Part shown: piece after piece, positions 1 through 9,169 of the stretch
Layout: every line of letters starts with the position of its first letter
Position numbering within the stretch: position 1 is the stretch's first letter
NCBI GenBank assembly: GCA_951828235.1
Contig: OX639965.1
Span: 2,245,556 to 2,309,555, forward strand
Source of the DNA: an uncultured Gammaproteobacteria bacterium
Lineage (GTDB): Bacteria; Pseudomonadota; Gammaproteobacteria; Steroidobacterales; Foliamicaceae
DNA: 64,000 bases
Direction of reading: 5' to 3'
Position numbers and translations under genes: made by a program
Notes under the pieces: generated by a model
What the model was told of the DNA's origin: nothing
Seen by the model: the letters and a program-made list of their open reading frames with translations, nothing else
The model's database searches: none

Positions 1-2619
1 GGTTCACGGCTGCGCGATACGCTTGGCGGCGCACCCGTCTTCGTCCTGACCCGCGAAGAAATCAATCTGCGCGGGCTGGGTTCGGTGGAAGACGTGATCC
101 GCTCGCTGCCGCAGAACTTCAGCGAGGTCAACGCGGGCGCCGCGCGCGACAATTCGATCAACTCGGTGGATGCGATGGGTCAATCCATGGTCAACCTGCG
201 GGGTTTCGGCGAGGAAGCGACGCTGGTGCTGGTAAACGGGCGGCGCTGGCCGCAGGCCTCCAGCTTCGGTAACGGAGCGGTCAATATCAACGGGCTGCCA
301 TTCAGCGCCATCGAGCGCGTGGAAGTTCTCACCGATGGCGCCTCGGCCATCTATGGCGCAGACGCCCAGGCGGGCGTGGTGAATTTCATTCTCCGCGACG
401 ACTATCAGGGCGGCGAAACCATGGTCCGTTACGATATGGCCGCCCACGAAGGCGATGTCAGGCGTGTGGAGCAGAACCTGTCCACCAACTGGGAGGGAGG
501 ACGGGCAACCCTTTCGCTCAGTTATTCGGAGAACGAGGCGGTCGATAACCACAAGGCCGGCTATACGACCTCGGATTACAGTAGCCGTGGAGGCAGGGAC
601 AACCGCCTGCAGCCCGGCGGATTCGTCCATTTCGGGCAGCCGGGCGTAGTGGGCTACGGTATTCCGCTGGGTTTTTACAATTTACTGTTCGTTCCGCTGG
701 GCGCCTTGCCGCAGGGCGACGACGGTACGAACGGAGTCTTCTCCAAGCTGTCGCCCGCCAACCTGGTACCCTGGGACTCGGCCGCCATGAGCGCCGGCGA
801 GAACACGTCGCACAGCGAACGCACATCCGGACACCTGACGGTCACCCAGGAATTCCTGGATGGCTCAGTGGAGCTGTTCGGTGAATTCACCTTTGATTTT
901 TCGGACTCCTGGGCGCATCGTGGCGCCGAGAGGTATTTGGGCGCGGTGCCTGCGACCAACCCCTACAACGACATTCCGCCGCATCCCGCCTTTCAGACGG
1001 TTGTTGCCTATTCGTTTGCCGCGGAATATGCCGCGGGCCTGATGGACCCCATCAGCAACGACAGCGATCAGAACAATCGCCGGACCACACTGGGGCTTCG
1101 CGCGGAACTGCCGTTTCGGGACTGGATCGCCGATTTCACGGCCAGCCGCGGCAAGGAAGAGGCCTGGTACCTCTACTACAACGTTGACCGGGACCTGCTG
1201 GCTGAGCGGATCGCCGGCGTGGACTCCGCGGGCAACCCGCTTCCCATCGATCAGGTCATCAATCCCTTCGGCAACGGAGCGGCGCAAAGCCCCGCAGCGG
1301 TAGAGGGCCTGGTCCAGCCGATTATTGGTGTCGAAGGCCCGTCGAACGCCAACTGGAATTTCTCCCGCCAGGACGACTACAACCTTTCCGCCGACGGGAG
1401 TCTGTTCGGACTGCCGGGCGGTGATGTGCGGATGGCAATAGGCGCTGAGAGTCGCACGGAAACGCTGGACTATTCGGCCGATCAGTCGCGCGGTACGCTT
1501 TTCTCCGTAACAAGGCCGGAACGCGACATCATTTCCTATTTCGGTGAGGTGGGCGTCCCGCTGATAGGCGAGAAAAATCGCGTGGCCGGTGTTCATTCCC
1601 TGGGGATGAAGATGGCGTTGCGGAGCGATGAGTATTCCTTCTCCGGTCCGTTCGGAGGGCCGGGATCGCCCCATACCGAAAAGAAGTTTGACCGGGTTTC
1701 GCCGAAATTCGAGCTGGCCTGGTTCCCCGTATCCGAACTGAAGGTTCGCGCTTCCTGGGGCGAGTCCTTTGTTCCCCCGGCGTCTTCACGGCTATTCGGC
1801 GTCGAAAACGGTCCGTTCAACTGGATTGCCCTGGTGGACCCCGAAAACCCGCAGCTCGGTCTTCAATTCCCGGACGCGTATTTCACCGGCAATCCGGACC
1901 TTGATCCGGAGGTTTCCGAAACCCTGGCCGTGGGATTTGACTGGACGCCGGGCGGCATGCTGGAAGGACTGATCGTGAGAATCACATGGTTCGATACCGA
2001 GTTTGCCGACAAGTTCGGCAGGGGCTTTTCGCTGGCCTTCGACAATCCGGAACTGTTCTTCCAGATTCCCAACGCCGTAATCCGCGATGCGCAGGGAAAT
2101 ATTGCACGCGTCAACCTGTTTACCGTTAATCTCGCGCAACGGTTCAGCGAGTATCTGGACGCTTCGGCGCGATATCGGTTCGATACGGATCAATGGGGAG
2201 AGTTCACGGTAGGGGCGGACGCAACTTTCAACGCCAAACTTCAGGACGTCGCGGCCCCCGGCGCGGATCCCAACAACCTGCATGGCACACCCGCAGGACC
2301 GGAACGCTGGAAGGGATACGGCTACATCAACTGGGCGCAAGGGAATGCAACCGTGAACCTGACCGCCAACTATTCCAGCAGCTACGCAGGGCAGCGATTC
2401 TCGCCGCAGGAGCGGGTCGAGAACTACCTGACCTTTGACCTTACGGGCAGTTACGAGTTCGGCGACAGCGGCTGGAAGGTGTACGCGGGCGCGAGGAACA
2501 TCACCAACAAAGAGTTCCCGTTCTTTGACGGCTTCTCGGCGCCGTGGGACCCGCGCCGCGTGGACCCGAAGGGACGCATCGTGCACCTTGAGATCCGCAA
2601 GACCTACGACCTCTTCTAG
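1..2619 (+). CDS. TonB-dependent outer-membrane receptor (5' end lies outside the window)
   Basis: Frame 1 is open from base 1: GSRLRDTLGGAPVFVLTREEINLRGLGSVEDVIRSLP precedes the tracked GTG at 85. Plug-type motifs NLRGFG..ATLVLVNGRR and VEVLTDGASAIYGADAQAGVVNFIL. Long beta-barrel-like body ending in the aromatic terminus ...RKTYDLF. Confidence 0.85.
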   Translation, partial: GSRLRDTLGGAPVFVLTREEINLRGLGSVEDVIRSLPQNFSEVNAGAARDNSINSVDAMGQSMVNLRGFGEEATLVLVNGRRWPQASSFGNGAVNINGLPFSAIERVEVLTDGASAIYGADAQAGVVNFILRDDYQGGETMVRYDMAAHEGDVRRVEQNLSTNWEGGRATLSLSYSENEAVDNHKAGYTTSDYSSRGGRDNRLQPGGFVHFGQPGVVGYGIPLGFYNLLFVPLGALPQGDDGTNGVFSKLSPANLVPWDSAAMSAGENTSHSERTSGHLTVTQEFLDGSVELFGEFTFDFSDSWAHRGAERYLGAVPATNPYNDIPPHPAFQTVVAYSFAAEYAAGLMDPISNDSDQNNRRTTLGLRAELPFRDWIADFTASRGKEEAWYLYYNVDRDLLAERIAGVDSAGNPLPIDQVINPFGNGAAQSPAAVEGLVQPIIGVEGPSNANWNFSRQDDYNLSADGSLFGLPGGDVRMAIGAESRTETLDYSADQSRGTLFSVTRPERDIISYFGEVGVPLIGEKNRVAGVHSLGMKMALRSDEYSFSGPFGGPGSPHTEKKFDRVSPKFELAWFPVSELKVRASWGESFVPPASSRLFGVENGPFNWIALVDPENPQLGLQFPDAYFTGNPDLDPEVSETLAVGFDWTPGGMLEGLIVRITWFDTEFADKFGRGFSLAFDNPELFFQIPNAVIRDAQGNIARVNLFTVNLAQRFSEYLDASARYRFDTDQWGEFTVGADATFNAKLQDVAAPGADPNNLHGTPAGPERWKGYGYINWAQGNATVNLTANYSSSYAGQRFSPQERVENYLTFDLTGSYEFGDSGWKVYAGARNITNKEFPFFDGFSAPWDPRRVDPKGRIVHLEIRKTYDLF

Positions 2620-2652
2620 TCCGTTGCCTGGTTGCGATCAGGCATTGGCCAG

Positions 2653-3924
2653 ATGAACCGAATCTTCGCGGCCGTCTTCGGGTGCCTGGGCCCGGCCCTG
2701 GCCCTGGCCGGCGGCATACATTTCTTCGAGGGCAGCTTCGAAGAGGCGCTGGCGCGCGCCGAAGAGGACGGCAAACATGTCTTCGTGGACGTGTACGCGA
2801 CCTGGTGCGGCCCCTGCAAGGTCATGGATGCGGTCGTGTTTCCGCGCGATGACGTGGGCGAGCACTACAACACGCACTTCGTCAACGTGAAGCTCGACGC
2901 CGAGGACGAATCCATCAACGGACCGGCGATCTCGGAGCGCTACGACGTCGGGGCCTACCCCACCTACCTCTACCTCAATCCTGACGGATCGGTCGTGGGC
3001 CGCGCGCTTGGGGCGCTTCCGGCCAGCCTTTTCGTGCAGGTTGCGGAGCAATTGACCGGCGGTCTTGAATCCCCGTTTGCGGGACTTGAGGCCCGCTACT
3101 TACAGGGCGAGCGCGATCCGGAATTCGTTCAGGACTACCTTTGGGACGCGCAGGTTGAACTGGCGCTGTTCGACGGCGACCTCATGCAGCGCCACCGGCG
3201 CAAGTCTGCGCTCGAGGAGGAGGCGGACGAGTATTTTTCGTCTCGCGGCTATTCTTCGCTTGTCAATTCGCGGGACTTTGCGCTCATTGCCTGCTACAAG
3301 GAAAAGAAGCCGCGCGGCGATGCGCTGGTGGAGTACGTCATCGACAACTATGACGCGTTTGCGGACGTGGCGCCGGAGATATCACTGGCCCGATTCGTGC
3401 TGGAAATCAACTACTACGCAGCGCAGGGCGCGGCGCAGCAGGGTGACGAACAGTACCTGGCCTATCTCGATGACTTGAACGGATCGCTGAAGCGGGCCGC
3501 CGACTACATTGCGGAAACGGAACCGGACAGCGAGTTGCTGTACGACTCGATGGCTCCGCGGTTGCGAGGCGACTATCTCGCGGCCGCCGGGCGCTGGGAC
3601 GAACTGCTTGCGTATGTGCAGGATACGCTTGCCCAGCCTGACGCGGACAGGGTTCGGGCCCTGCGAATGGTAAGTCGCCTGCTTGGGCGGTCGCAGGAGC
3701 CGGAACACCAGGCGCTGGTGCTGGAATACGCGCGCGAGGCGTACGAATTGGCGCCGGACGACTGGAGCACCGTCTTTACCTACTCGTCACATCTGATTGC
3801 GGGCGGGGAAACGGCTCTGGCCCGGGAGATTCTGCAAGCGGCGCTGGACGGTCTCGAGGGCAGGGAAGGCGTAAGGAATTTTCGGGAAATACTGCGCGGG
3901 CAACTGGATCGAATCACGCAGTAG
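2653..3924 (+). CDS. Exported thioredoxin-fold protein with a helical C-terminal domain
   Basis: The ORF opens at TTG 2632. ATG 2653 gives the signal-like N-terminus MNRIFAAVFGCLGPALALAGG. Canonical thioredoxin motif YATWCGPCKVM, followed by about 300 aa of helical repeat-like sequence. Confidence 0.7.
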   Translation: MNRIFAAVFGCLGPALALAGGIHFFEGSFEEALARAEEDGKHVFVDVYATWCGPCKVMDAVVFPRDDVGEHYNTHFVNVKLDAEDESINGPAISERYDVGAYPTYLYLNPDGSVVGRALGALPASLFVQVAEQLTGGLESPFAGLEARYLQGERDPEFVQDYLWDAQVELALFDGDLMQRHRRKSALEEEADEYFSSRGYSSLVNSRDFALIACYKEKKPRGDALVEYVIDNYDAFADVAPEISLARFVLEINYYAAQGAAQQGDEQYLAYLDDLNGSLKRAADYIAETEPDSELLYDSMAPRLRGDYLAAAGRWDELLAYVQDTLAQPDADRVRALRMVSRLLGRSQEPEHQALVLEYAREAYELAPDDWSTVFTYSSHLIAGGETALAREILQAALDGLEGREGVRNFREILRGQLDRITQ

Positions 3925-4008
3925 CTTTGTGTTGCTATCGCCCGCGTGTCTCGGCGGCCAATAGGCTGTACACTTTGTAGCCACCAGTCGCAAGATTCTT
4001 GGTGTCCT

Positions 4009-5268
4009 ATGCGGGCTGCATTTTTGAAATATGCCGGGGCGCGCGTAATACCAGGGGGAACCAGAGCTTCCCACCGCCCGGCACTTCCTTCCTTAGCACT
4101 CCTGCTGCTGCTGGCGACCCTGATTGCGCCGGCAGCGCAGGCAGTGGATCTCGGTGAAGCTGTATCCGGCGGCAAGACCTCGCTGGGATTCCGCTACCGT
4201 CTGGAGTCCGTGTCGCAGGACGGGATCGACGAGGACGCGCTGGCGTCCACGGCCCGAGCCCGCCTGACTTGGAATTCGGCCGAGTCCGGTTCCCTGTCCT
4301 TCGGCGTCGAGACAGACTATTCGCTGATCCTGGGAATCGAGGACTTCAATTCCACTACAAACGGCAAGACGCATTACCCGGCAGTTGCCGATCCGGACGG
4401 ATTCGACCTGAACCAGGCCTTTCTCAAGTTCCAGGAGGACAATTTCACCATTACGGCGGGCCGTCAGCGCATAAACCACGGATCGCAGCGCTTCATCGGC
4501 GGCGTTGCTTACCGGCAGAACGAACAGACCTACGATGGCCTGCGCATACAGTCCGACTTCGGGGCGCTGAACCTGGACTACGCCTACATCCACAACATCA
4601 ACCGGATTTTCGGTCCGGGGGACGGGGCCCAGCCGGGCGACTGGTACGGCAATTCGCACGCATTCCGCGCCACTGTCACGGCCGCGCCCGGGCACACTTT
4701 CGCCGGCTACGCCTATCTCTGGGACCTGGAGAACGATAACGGGCCGGCCAATGCCAACGCCACCTACGGCGTCGAGTACCAGGGCAAATTCGATCCGCTG
4801 ACGGTAACGGCGATGGTCTCGGGGCAGAGCGATCATGGCGACAATCCGGTTTCGTATGACGCCATGCACTACCTGCTTCAGGGCGACCTCAAGCTGGGCG
4901 AGTTGAACGTGACCGCCGCCTATGAAGTGGTCGGCAGCGATGACGGCATGGCCCAGTTCCGCTTCCCGGCTGCGACGCTGCACAAGTTCCAGGGCTGGAC
5001 CGACAAGTTTCTGATCGCGCCCGCGACCGGCGTTCGCGACACCTGGCTGAGCGTTTCCGGCAACATCGCCGGGGCGACCGTGACCGGCGTTTTTCACGAC
5101 TTTCAGGCCGATTCGGGCGGCGCCGACTACGGACAGGAACTGGGCCTGGCAATTACCTACCCGCTACGGGACAATCTCTCGGTCCTGTTCAAGATAGCCA
5201 CCTATTCAGCGGATGATCACGCCACGGACACAACCAAGGCGTGGCTGATGTTCGACTGGAAGTGGTAA
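4009..5268 (+). CDS. Outer-membrane porin, alginate-export (AlgE-like) family candidate
   Basis: Signal peptide ...ALLLLLATLIAPAAQA|VD. Alternating beta-strand pattern (GFRYRLESVSQDG, ARLTWNSAESG, NLDYAYIHN) and aromatic C-terminus MFDWKW. The family call is from memory of the Alginate_exp profile, and the start (ATG 4009 vs 3946) is uncertain. Confidence 0.55.
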   Translation: MRAAFLKYAGARVIPGGTRASHRPALPSLALLLLLATLIAPAAQAVDLGEAVSGGKTSLGFRYRLESVSQDGIDEDALASTARARLTWNSAESGSLSFGVETDYSLILGIEDFNSTTNGKTHYPAVADPDGFDLNQAFLKFQEDNFTITAGRQRINHGSQRFIGGVAYRQNEQTYDGLRIQSDFGALNLDYAYIHNINRIFGPGDGAQPGDWYGNSHAFRATVTAAPGHTFAGYAYLWDLENDNGPANANATYGVEYQGKFDPLTVTAMVSGQSDHGDNPVSYDAMHYLLQGDLKLGELNVTAAYEVVGSDDGMAQFRFPAATLHKFQGWTDKFLIAPATGVRDTWLSVSGNIAGATVTGVFHDFQADSGGADYGQELGLAITYPLRDNLSVLFKIATYSADDHATDTTKAWLMFDWKW

Positions 5269-5271
5269 CGG

Positions 5272-7023
5272 CTAGCCGCTCCCTGAAGGCACCCTGATAC
5301 GACGCACCAGCGCCTGGATAGACTCCGGCGGCGCCGGCGTCAGCGCGCTGAGCGCAAGGGTCACTGCCAGGTTGATCGCGGCGCCCACTGCGCCTATGCC
5401 TTCCGGCGAAATCCCGAACAGCCAGTTCTCCGGCACGTTGGCGGCAAAAGGCTCCACGAACACGCCCTTGAAGTAGATGATGTAGCCGATCGTGAACAGC
5501 AGCCCGGTCAGCATGCCTGCGATCGCCCCCTGCTTGTTCACGCGCAGCGAAAGAATCCCCAGCAGGATGGCCGGGAACAGCGATGCGGCCGCCAGGCCGA
5601 AGGCCAGCGCCACCACTTCCGCCACGAAGCCGGGTGGGTTGTAACCGAGGTAACCCGCCAGCAGGACCGCCAGTCCGGCGCTTATCCGGCCGGCCCTCAG
5701 TTCGTTTCGCTCGGAAATATTGCGGGCGAACACGCTCTTGATGAGGTCATGCGACACCGCGGCCGATATGACCAGCAGCAGGCCCGCGGCAGTCGACAGC
5801 GCGGCGGCGATGCCGCCGGCCGCGACCAGTGCGATCACCCAGTTGGGCAGTCCGGCGATTTCGGGATTGGCGAGCACGATGATGTCGCGGTCCACCGTCA
5901 ATTCGTTGCCGCGCCAGCCGTTCGCCTGCGCCAGCCGCGCAAAGTCCGGGTTGGCGTCGTTGTAGTACTGGATCCGCCCGTCGCCGTTCTTGTCCTCGAA
6001 CCTGAGCAGGCCGGTCTCCTCCCAGGTCCTGAACCAGTCCGGCCGCTCTTCATAGGGCAGATTGGCGGTTTCCTCGAACACTTCGCCCGTCTGGATGGTG
6101 GTCGTCAGGTTCAGGCGGGCCAGTGCGCCCACCGCCGGGGCCGTCGTGTAGAGAATGGCGATGAAAAGCAGCGCATAGCCGGCCGAGGCCCGCGCATGGC
6201 GCACCTTGGGCACGGTGAAGAAGCGCACCAGCACATGCGGCAGTCCCGCGGTGCCGATCATCAGCGCCAGCGTGATGAAGAATACGTCCGCGGCGCCTTT
6301 CGACCCGCTGGTATACGCGGTAAAGCCGAGGTCCGTGACAATGCGGTCCAGTGTCGTCAGCAGACTGCCTCCGCCGTTGACCACGTCGCTGCCGAACGCG
6401 ACCTGCGGCACCCCCACGCCGGTGACCTGCAGCGAAATGAACACGGCCGGTACCGTGTAGGCGAAGATGAGCACGCAATATTGCGCAACCTGCGTATACG
6501 TGATTCCCTTCATGCCGCCCAGCACGGCATACAGGAACACCACGGCCATTCCGACTGCCAGCCCCACGCTGATGTCCACATTCAGGAAGCGCGAGAACAC
6601 GATGCCGACGCCGCGCATCTGGCCCGCAACGTAGGTGAACGAGATCACGATGAGGCAGATAACGGCCACCACGCGCGCGGCGTCGGAGCCATAGCGCTCC
6701 CCGATGAACTCCGGCACGGTGAACTTGCCGAAGCGGCGCAGGTACGGCGCCAGCAGCAGTGCAAGCAGCACGTATCCGCCGGTCCAGCCCATCAGGTACA
6801 CCGAACTGTCGTAGCCCAAAAACGCGATCAGCCCCGCCATGGAGATGAATGAAGCCGCGGACATCCAGTCGGCCGCGGTGGCCATGCCGTTGGCGACCGG
6901 ATGCACGTGCTTGCCGGCCACGTAGAAGTCGCCGGTGGTGCGCGCCTTGGACCAGAACGCGATGCCGATGTACAGCGCGAACGACAGCCCGACGACGATG
7001 TAGGTGAGCGTCTGAAGGTCCAT
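5272..7023 (-). CDS. Sodium:solute symporter, large subunit (ActP / VC_2705-like)
   Basis: SSF-family sequence from MDLQTLTYIVVGLSFALYIGIAFWSKARTTGDFYVAGKHVHPVANGMATAADWMSAASFISMAGL. The start at M64 of the tracked ORF (7023) overlaps the stop of the upstream small subunit (TGATG). Confidence 0.85.
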   Translation of the reverse strand: MDLQTLTYIVVGLSFALYIGIAFWSKARTTGDFYVAGKHVHPVANGMATAADWMSAASFISMAGLIAFLGYDSSVYLMGWTGGYVLLALLLAPYLRRFGKFTVPEFIGERYGSDAARVVAVICLIVISFTYVAGQMRGVGIVFSRFLNVDISVGLAVGMAVVFLYAVLGGMKGITYTQVAQYCVLIFAYTVPAVFISLQVTGVGVPQVAFGSDVVNGGGSLLTTLDRIVTDLGFTAYTSGSKGAADVFFITLALMIGTAGLPHVLVRFFTVPKVRHARASAGYALLFIAILYTTAPAVGALARLNLTTTIQTGEVFEETANLPYEERPDWFRTWEETGLLRFEDKNGDGRIQYYNDANPDFARLAQANGWRGNELTVDRDIIVLANPEIAGLPNWVIALVAAGGIAAALSTAAGLLLVISAAVSHDLIKSVFARNISERNELRAGRISAGLAVLLAGYLGYNPPGFVAEVVALAFGLAAASLFPAILLGILSLRVNKQGAIAGMLTGLLFTIGYIIYFKGVFVEPFAANVPENWLFGISPEGIGAVGAAINLAVTLALSALTPAPPESIQALVRRIRVPSGSG

Positions 7024-7271
7024 CAGTCCTCTCTCACCCCGTGCTTCCTGTCGATGCGCCCCATCAGGACGACGTAGACAAAGATCAGCACCAGAAAGCC
7101 GTACATGCTGCCCTGCTGCGCGAACCAGAACCCCAGCTGGAATCCGCCCAGCGTGAACTGGTTGAGCACGTCCACCAGCAGCACGCCGCAGCCGAAGGAG
7201 ATGGCGAACCACACCGCCAGAAGGATCGCGATCAGCCGGATGTTCTCGCCCCAGTACGACAGCTTTCTCAT
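7023..7271 (-). CDS. DUF4212-type small subunit of the sodium:solute symporter
   Basis: MRKLSYWGENIRLIAILLAVWFAISFGCGVLLVDVLNQFTLGGFQLGFWFAQQGSMYGFLVLIFVYVVLM is an 82-aa two-TM protein of the type that precedes VC_2705-like symporters. Start at M53 of the tracked ORF; its stop overlaps the symporter ATG. Confidence 0.8.
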   Translation of the reverse strand: MRKLSYWGENIRLIAILLAVWFAISFGCGVLLVDVLNQFTLGGFQLGFWFAQQGSMYGFLVLIFVYVVLMGRIDRKHGVRED

Positions 7272-7407
7272 ATCATTTGCCTCGCTCACCAGTCGCTCGA
7301 AGTGTACCGGCAACCGAGCCGCGTCAGCGGACCATCCGCGCCTTCGACCGCCCACCCGCTCGCCAAATGATCGCCAACGACCCATTGGCAGGCGACAGTT
7401 CTTCTTT

Positions 7408-7422
7408 ATGGATTCAATCCAT
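7408..7422. promoter_or_regulatory. Perfect 7+1+7 palindrome ATGGATTCAATCCAT upstream of abiEi (candidate operator)
   Basis: Read directly from the sequence. It lies 35 nt upstream of ATG 7457 and about 20 nt upstream of a GATAAT -10-like hexamer (7443-7448). AbiEi antitoxins are known autorepressors that bind inverted repeats. Confidence 0.35.
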
Positions 7423-7456
7423 GGCAATAAGTTGCGTGATCTGATAATGTAATCGC

Positions 7457-8107
7457 ATGAAGTTTGAGAACTTGCTCGCGATTGTTGAAGACGAGCCGGT
7501 GTTCGAGACCGGCTGGCTGATGACGGGACGGCCTGCGGATTCCAGCTTGCGGGCGCAGCTCAGCCGGTGGACCCGGGCAGGGCGTTTGCACCAGCTTCGT
7601 CGTGGTTTGTACGCTCTGGCGCCGCCGTATCGCAAGGTTATCGCCGATCCCTTTGTCATCGCCAACCGGCTGATGCCGGGTTCCTATGTGTCGACGCATT
7701 CGGCCCTGGCGTTTGCTGGCGTGATTCCCGAGCACGTGACAGCCACGACGAGTTGCGGGCCGGGCCGCCCATACAAGCGCGACACGTTTCTGGGCCGCTA
7801 TATTTTTCAGCACCTTCGCGCGGAGATGCTCGATCTTTCCGTTAGCGGCGCGGCAGGATACCGGCAGGTCGAACTGGTTCGCAACCAGCGCGCGCTCATT
7901 GCGACGCCGGAGAAAGCACTGCTGGACCTTGCCTATCTCACGGCCGGCGCCGATGATTTGCGCTGGGTCGAGGAAATGCGCTTTGACTGCCAAATGCTTG
8001 ATACGGAGTTTCTGCTGGCGCTGGCGAAAGCTTCGCGCAAGCCAAAGCTCGTGCGCTGCGCCCGGCTTGTAGCGGATGCGGCGCGACGGTTGCGTGAAGC
8101 TGCATGA
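7457..8107 (+). CDS. abiEi: Type IV toxin-antitoxin system antitoxin, AbiEi family
   Basis: N-terminal winged-helix-like region (LRAQLSRWTRAGRLHQLRRGLYAL) and a C-terminal domain (PEKALLDLAYL) typical of AbiEi. ATGA overlap with the downstream AbiEii gene. Confidence 0.8.
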   Translation: MKFENLLAIVEDEPVFETGWLMTGRPADSSLRAQLSRWTRAGRLHQLRRGLYALAPPYRKVIADPFVIANRLMPGSYVSTHSALAFAGVIPEHVTATTSCGPGRPYKRDTFLGRYIFQHLRAEMLDLSVSGAAGYRQVELVRNQRALIATPEKALLDLAYLTAGADDLRWVEEMRFDCQMLDTEFLLALAKASRKPKLVRCARLVADAARRLREAA

Positions 8108-8895
8108 AAGGATATCTCCGGCAACTCATTCGGGAGTCTGCTCCGCAGCACGGCCGTAACGCCGTGCGCGAATACCTGCAGGCGCGCATTCTTGAGGAAC
8201 TGATGCGCGTCGGCGCCATGTCGCCACTGGCTTTCGTGGGCGGAACGGCCCTGCGTTTCCTCTACTATATGCGACGCTATTCCGAAGATCTCGATTTCTC
8301 GCTGGAGGGCCCGAGCGAGCAATACGACCTGGATCGCTGGGTCAAGGCGGTGGCGCGGCAGTTTGAGCGCGAAAAGTACGCCATCGAGCACGTGATCCGG
8401 CGGCAGGGCGCCGTTCACGGAGTGTCGCTGAAGTTTCCCGGAATTCTCAATGAGATCGGGCTCTCGCCCCACCCAAGTGAAACTCTGATGATCCGCCTTG
8501 AAATCGACACAAGGCCCCCGGCGGGCGCTGTCACACATGCCAGCCGCGTGAACCGGCACGTGTCCTTGAGGCTGCACCATCACGACAAGGCTTCGCTCTT
8601 GGCGGGCAAACTACTCGCCGTGCTCAACCGCCAATGGGCCAAGGGCCGCGACTTCTACGATCTCGCCTGGTACCTCGGCCGCCGCGACTGGCCAGCGCCG
8701 AACCTGAAGATGCTGAACAACGGCCTTGAGCAAGCCAACGCTGCCCCGCTCACCCGCGAGACGTGGCGGGCGCACGTCGCAGCCCGCGTTGCGGAAGTCG
8801 CCTGGAAGGAAGTAGCCTCCGACATCGACCGATTCGTCGAAGACCCCGACGACACCCTCACCCAACAGGAACTTCTGACCCTGCTCGAATCATGA
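8104..8895 (+). CDS. abiEii: Nucleotidyltransferase toxin, AbiEii/AbiGii family
   Basis: Motifs FVGGTALRFLYYMRRYSEDLDFSLEG and RGRDFYDL are typical of AbiEii nucleotidyltransferases. Start overlaps the abiEi stop by 4 nt. Confidence 0.85.
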   Translation: MKGYLRQLIRESAPQHGRNAVREYLQARILEELMRVGAMSPLAFVGGTALRFLYYMRRYSEDLDFSLEGPSEQYDLDRWVKAVARQFEREKYAIEHVIRRQGAVHGVSLKFPGILNEIGLSPHPSETLMIRLEIDTRPPAGAVTHASRVNRHVSLRLHHHDKASLLAGKLLAVLNRQWAKGRDFYDLAWYLGRRDWPAPNLKMLNNGLEQANAAPLTRETWRAHVAARVAEVAWKEVASDIDRFVEDPDDTLTQQELLTLLES

Positions 8896-8911
8896 TCCAG
8901 GCCAGCGCTAC

Positions 8912-9139
8912 TCAAGCCAGACGGTGTTGTCCGTCGGGTCGGGCCCACGAGATTGCGTCGGATACATCGCTTTCCGTCAGCCCGGCTTCGGCAACTTTCA
9001 AGCGCACGGCGTCGGCGCGGTTGAGCTGAACAGGCGTGAGCACGATTCGGCCGTTTTCCGCCGTGACATCGAAATAGTCAGTGGCGTCTACCGCGTTGGT
9101 TACCGCCTTCGGCAGAGTCAACCGATTCCCGGATTTCAA
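8912..9139 (-). CDS. AbrB/SpoVT-fold (MazE/VapB-like) small protein, orphan
   Basis: SGNRLTLPKAVTNAV...DYFDVTAENGRIVLTPV resembles a SpoVT-AbrB swapped-hairpin domain. The tracked ORF (to 9268) has an N-terminus that is really the tail of the methyltransferase remnant. The only in-frame alternative start before the domain is TTG 9139, with GGGAGG about 17 nt upstream. Confidence 0.45.
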   Translation of the reverse strand: MKSGNRLTLPKAVTNAVDATDYFDVTAENGRIVLTPVQLNRADAVRLKVAEAGLTESDVSDAISWARPDGQHRLA

Positions 9140-9169
9140 TCTGACGAGTATGGGAGCCTCCCGCGCTGA

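Noticed and set aside
7024-7212. 63-codon 5' extension of the symporter ORF, and the 52-codon extension of the DUF4212 ORF (7272-7427).
   Set aside because: The extensions are Arg-rich and overlap the upstream gene or promoter. Conserved N-termini begin at the internal ATGs (7023 and 7271), which also give a start/stop overlap.
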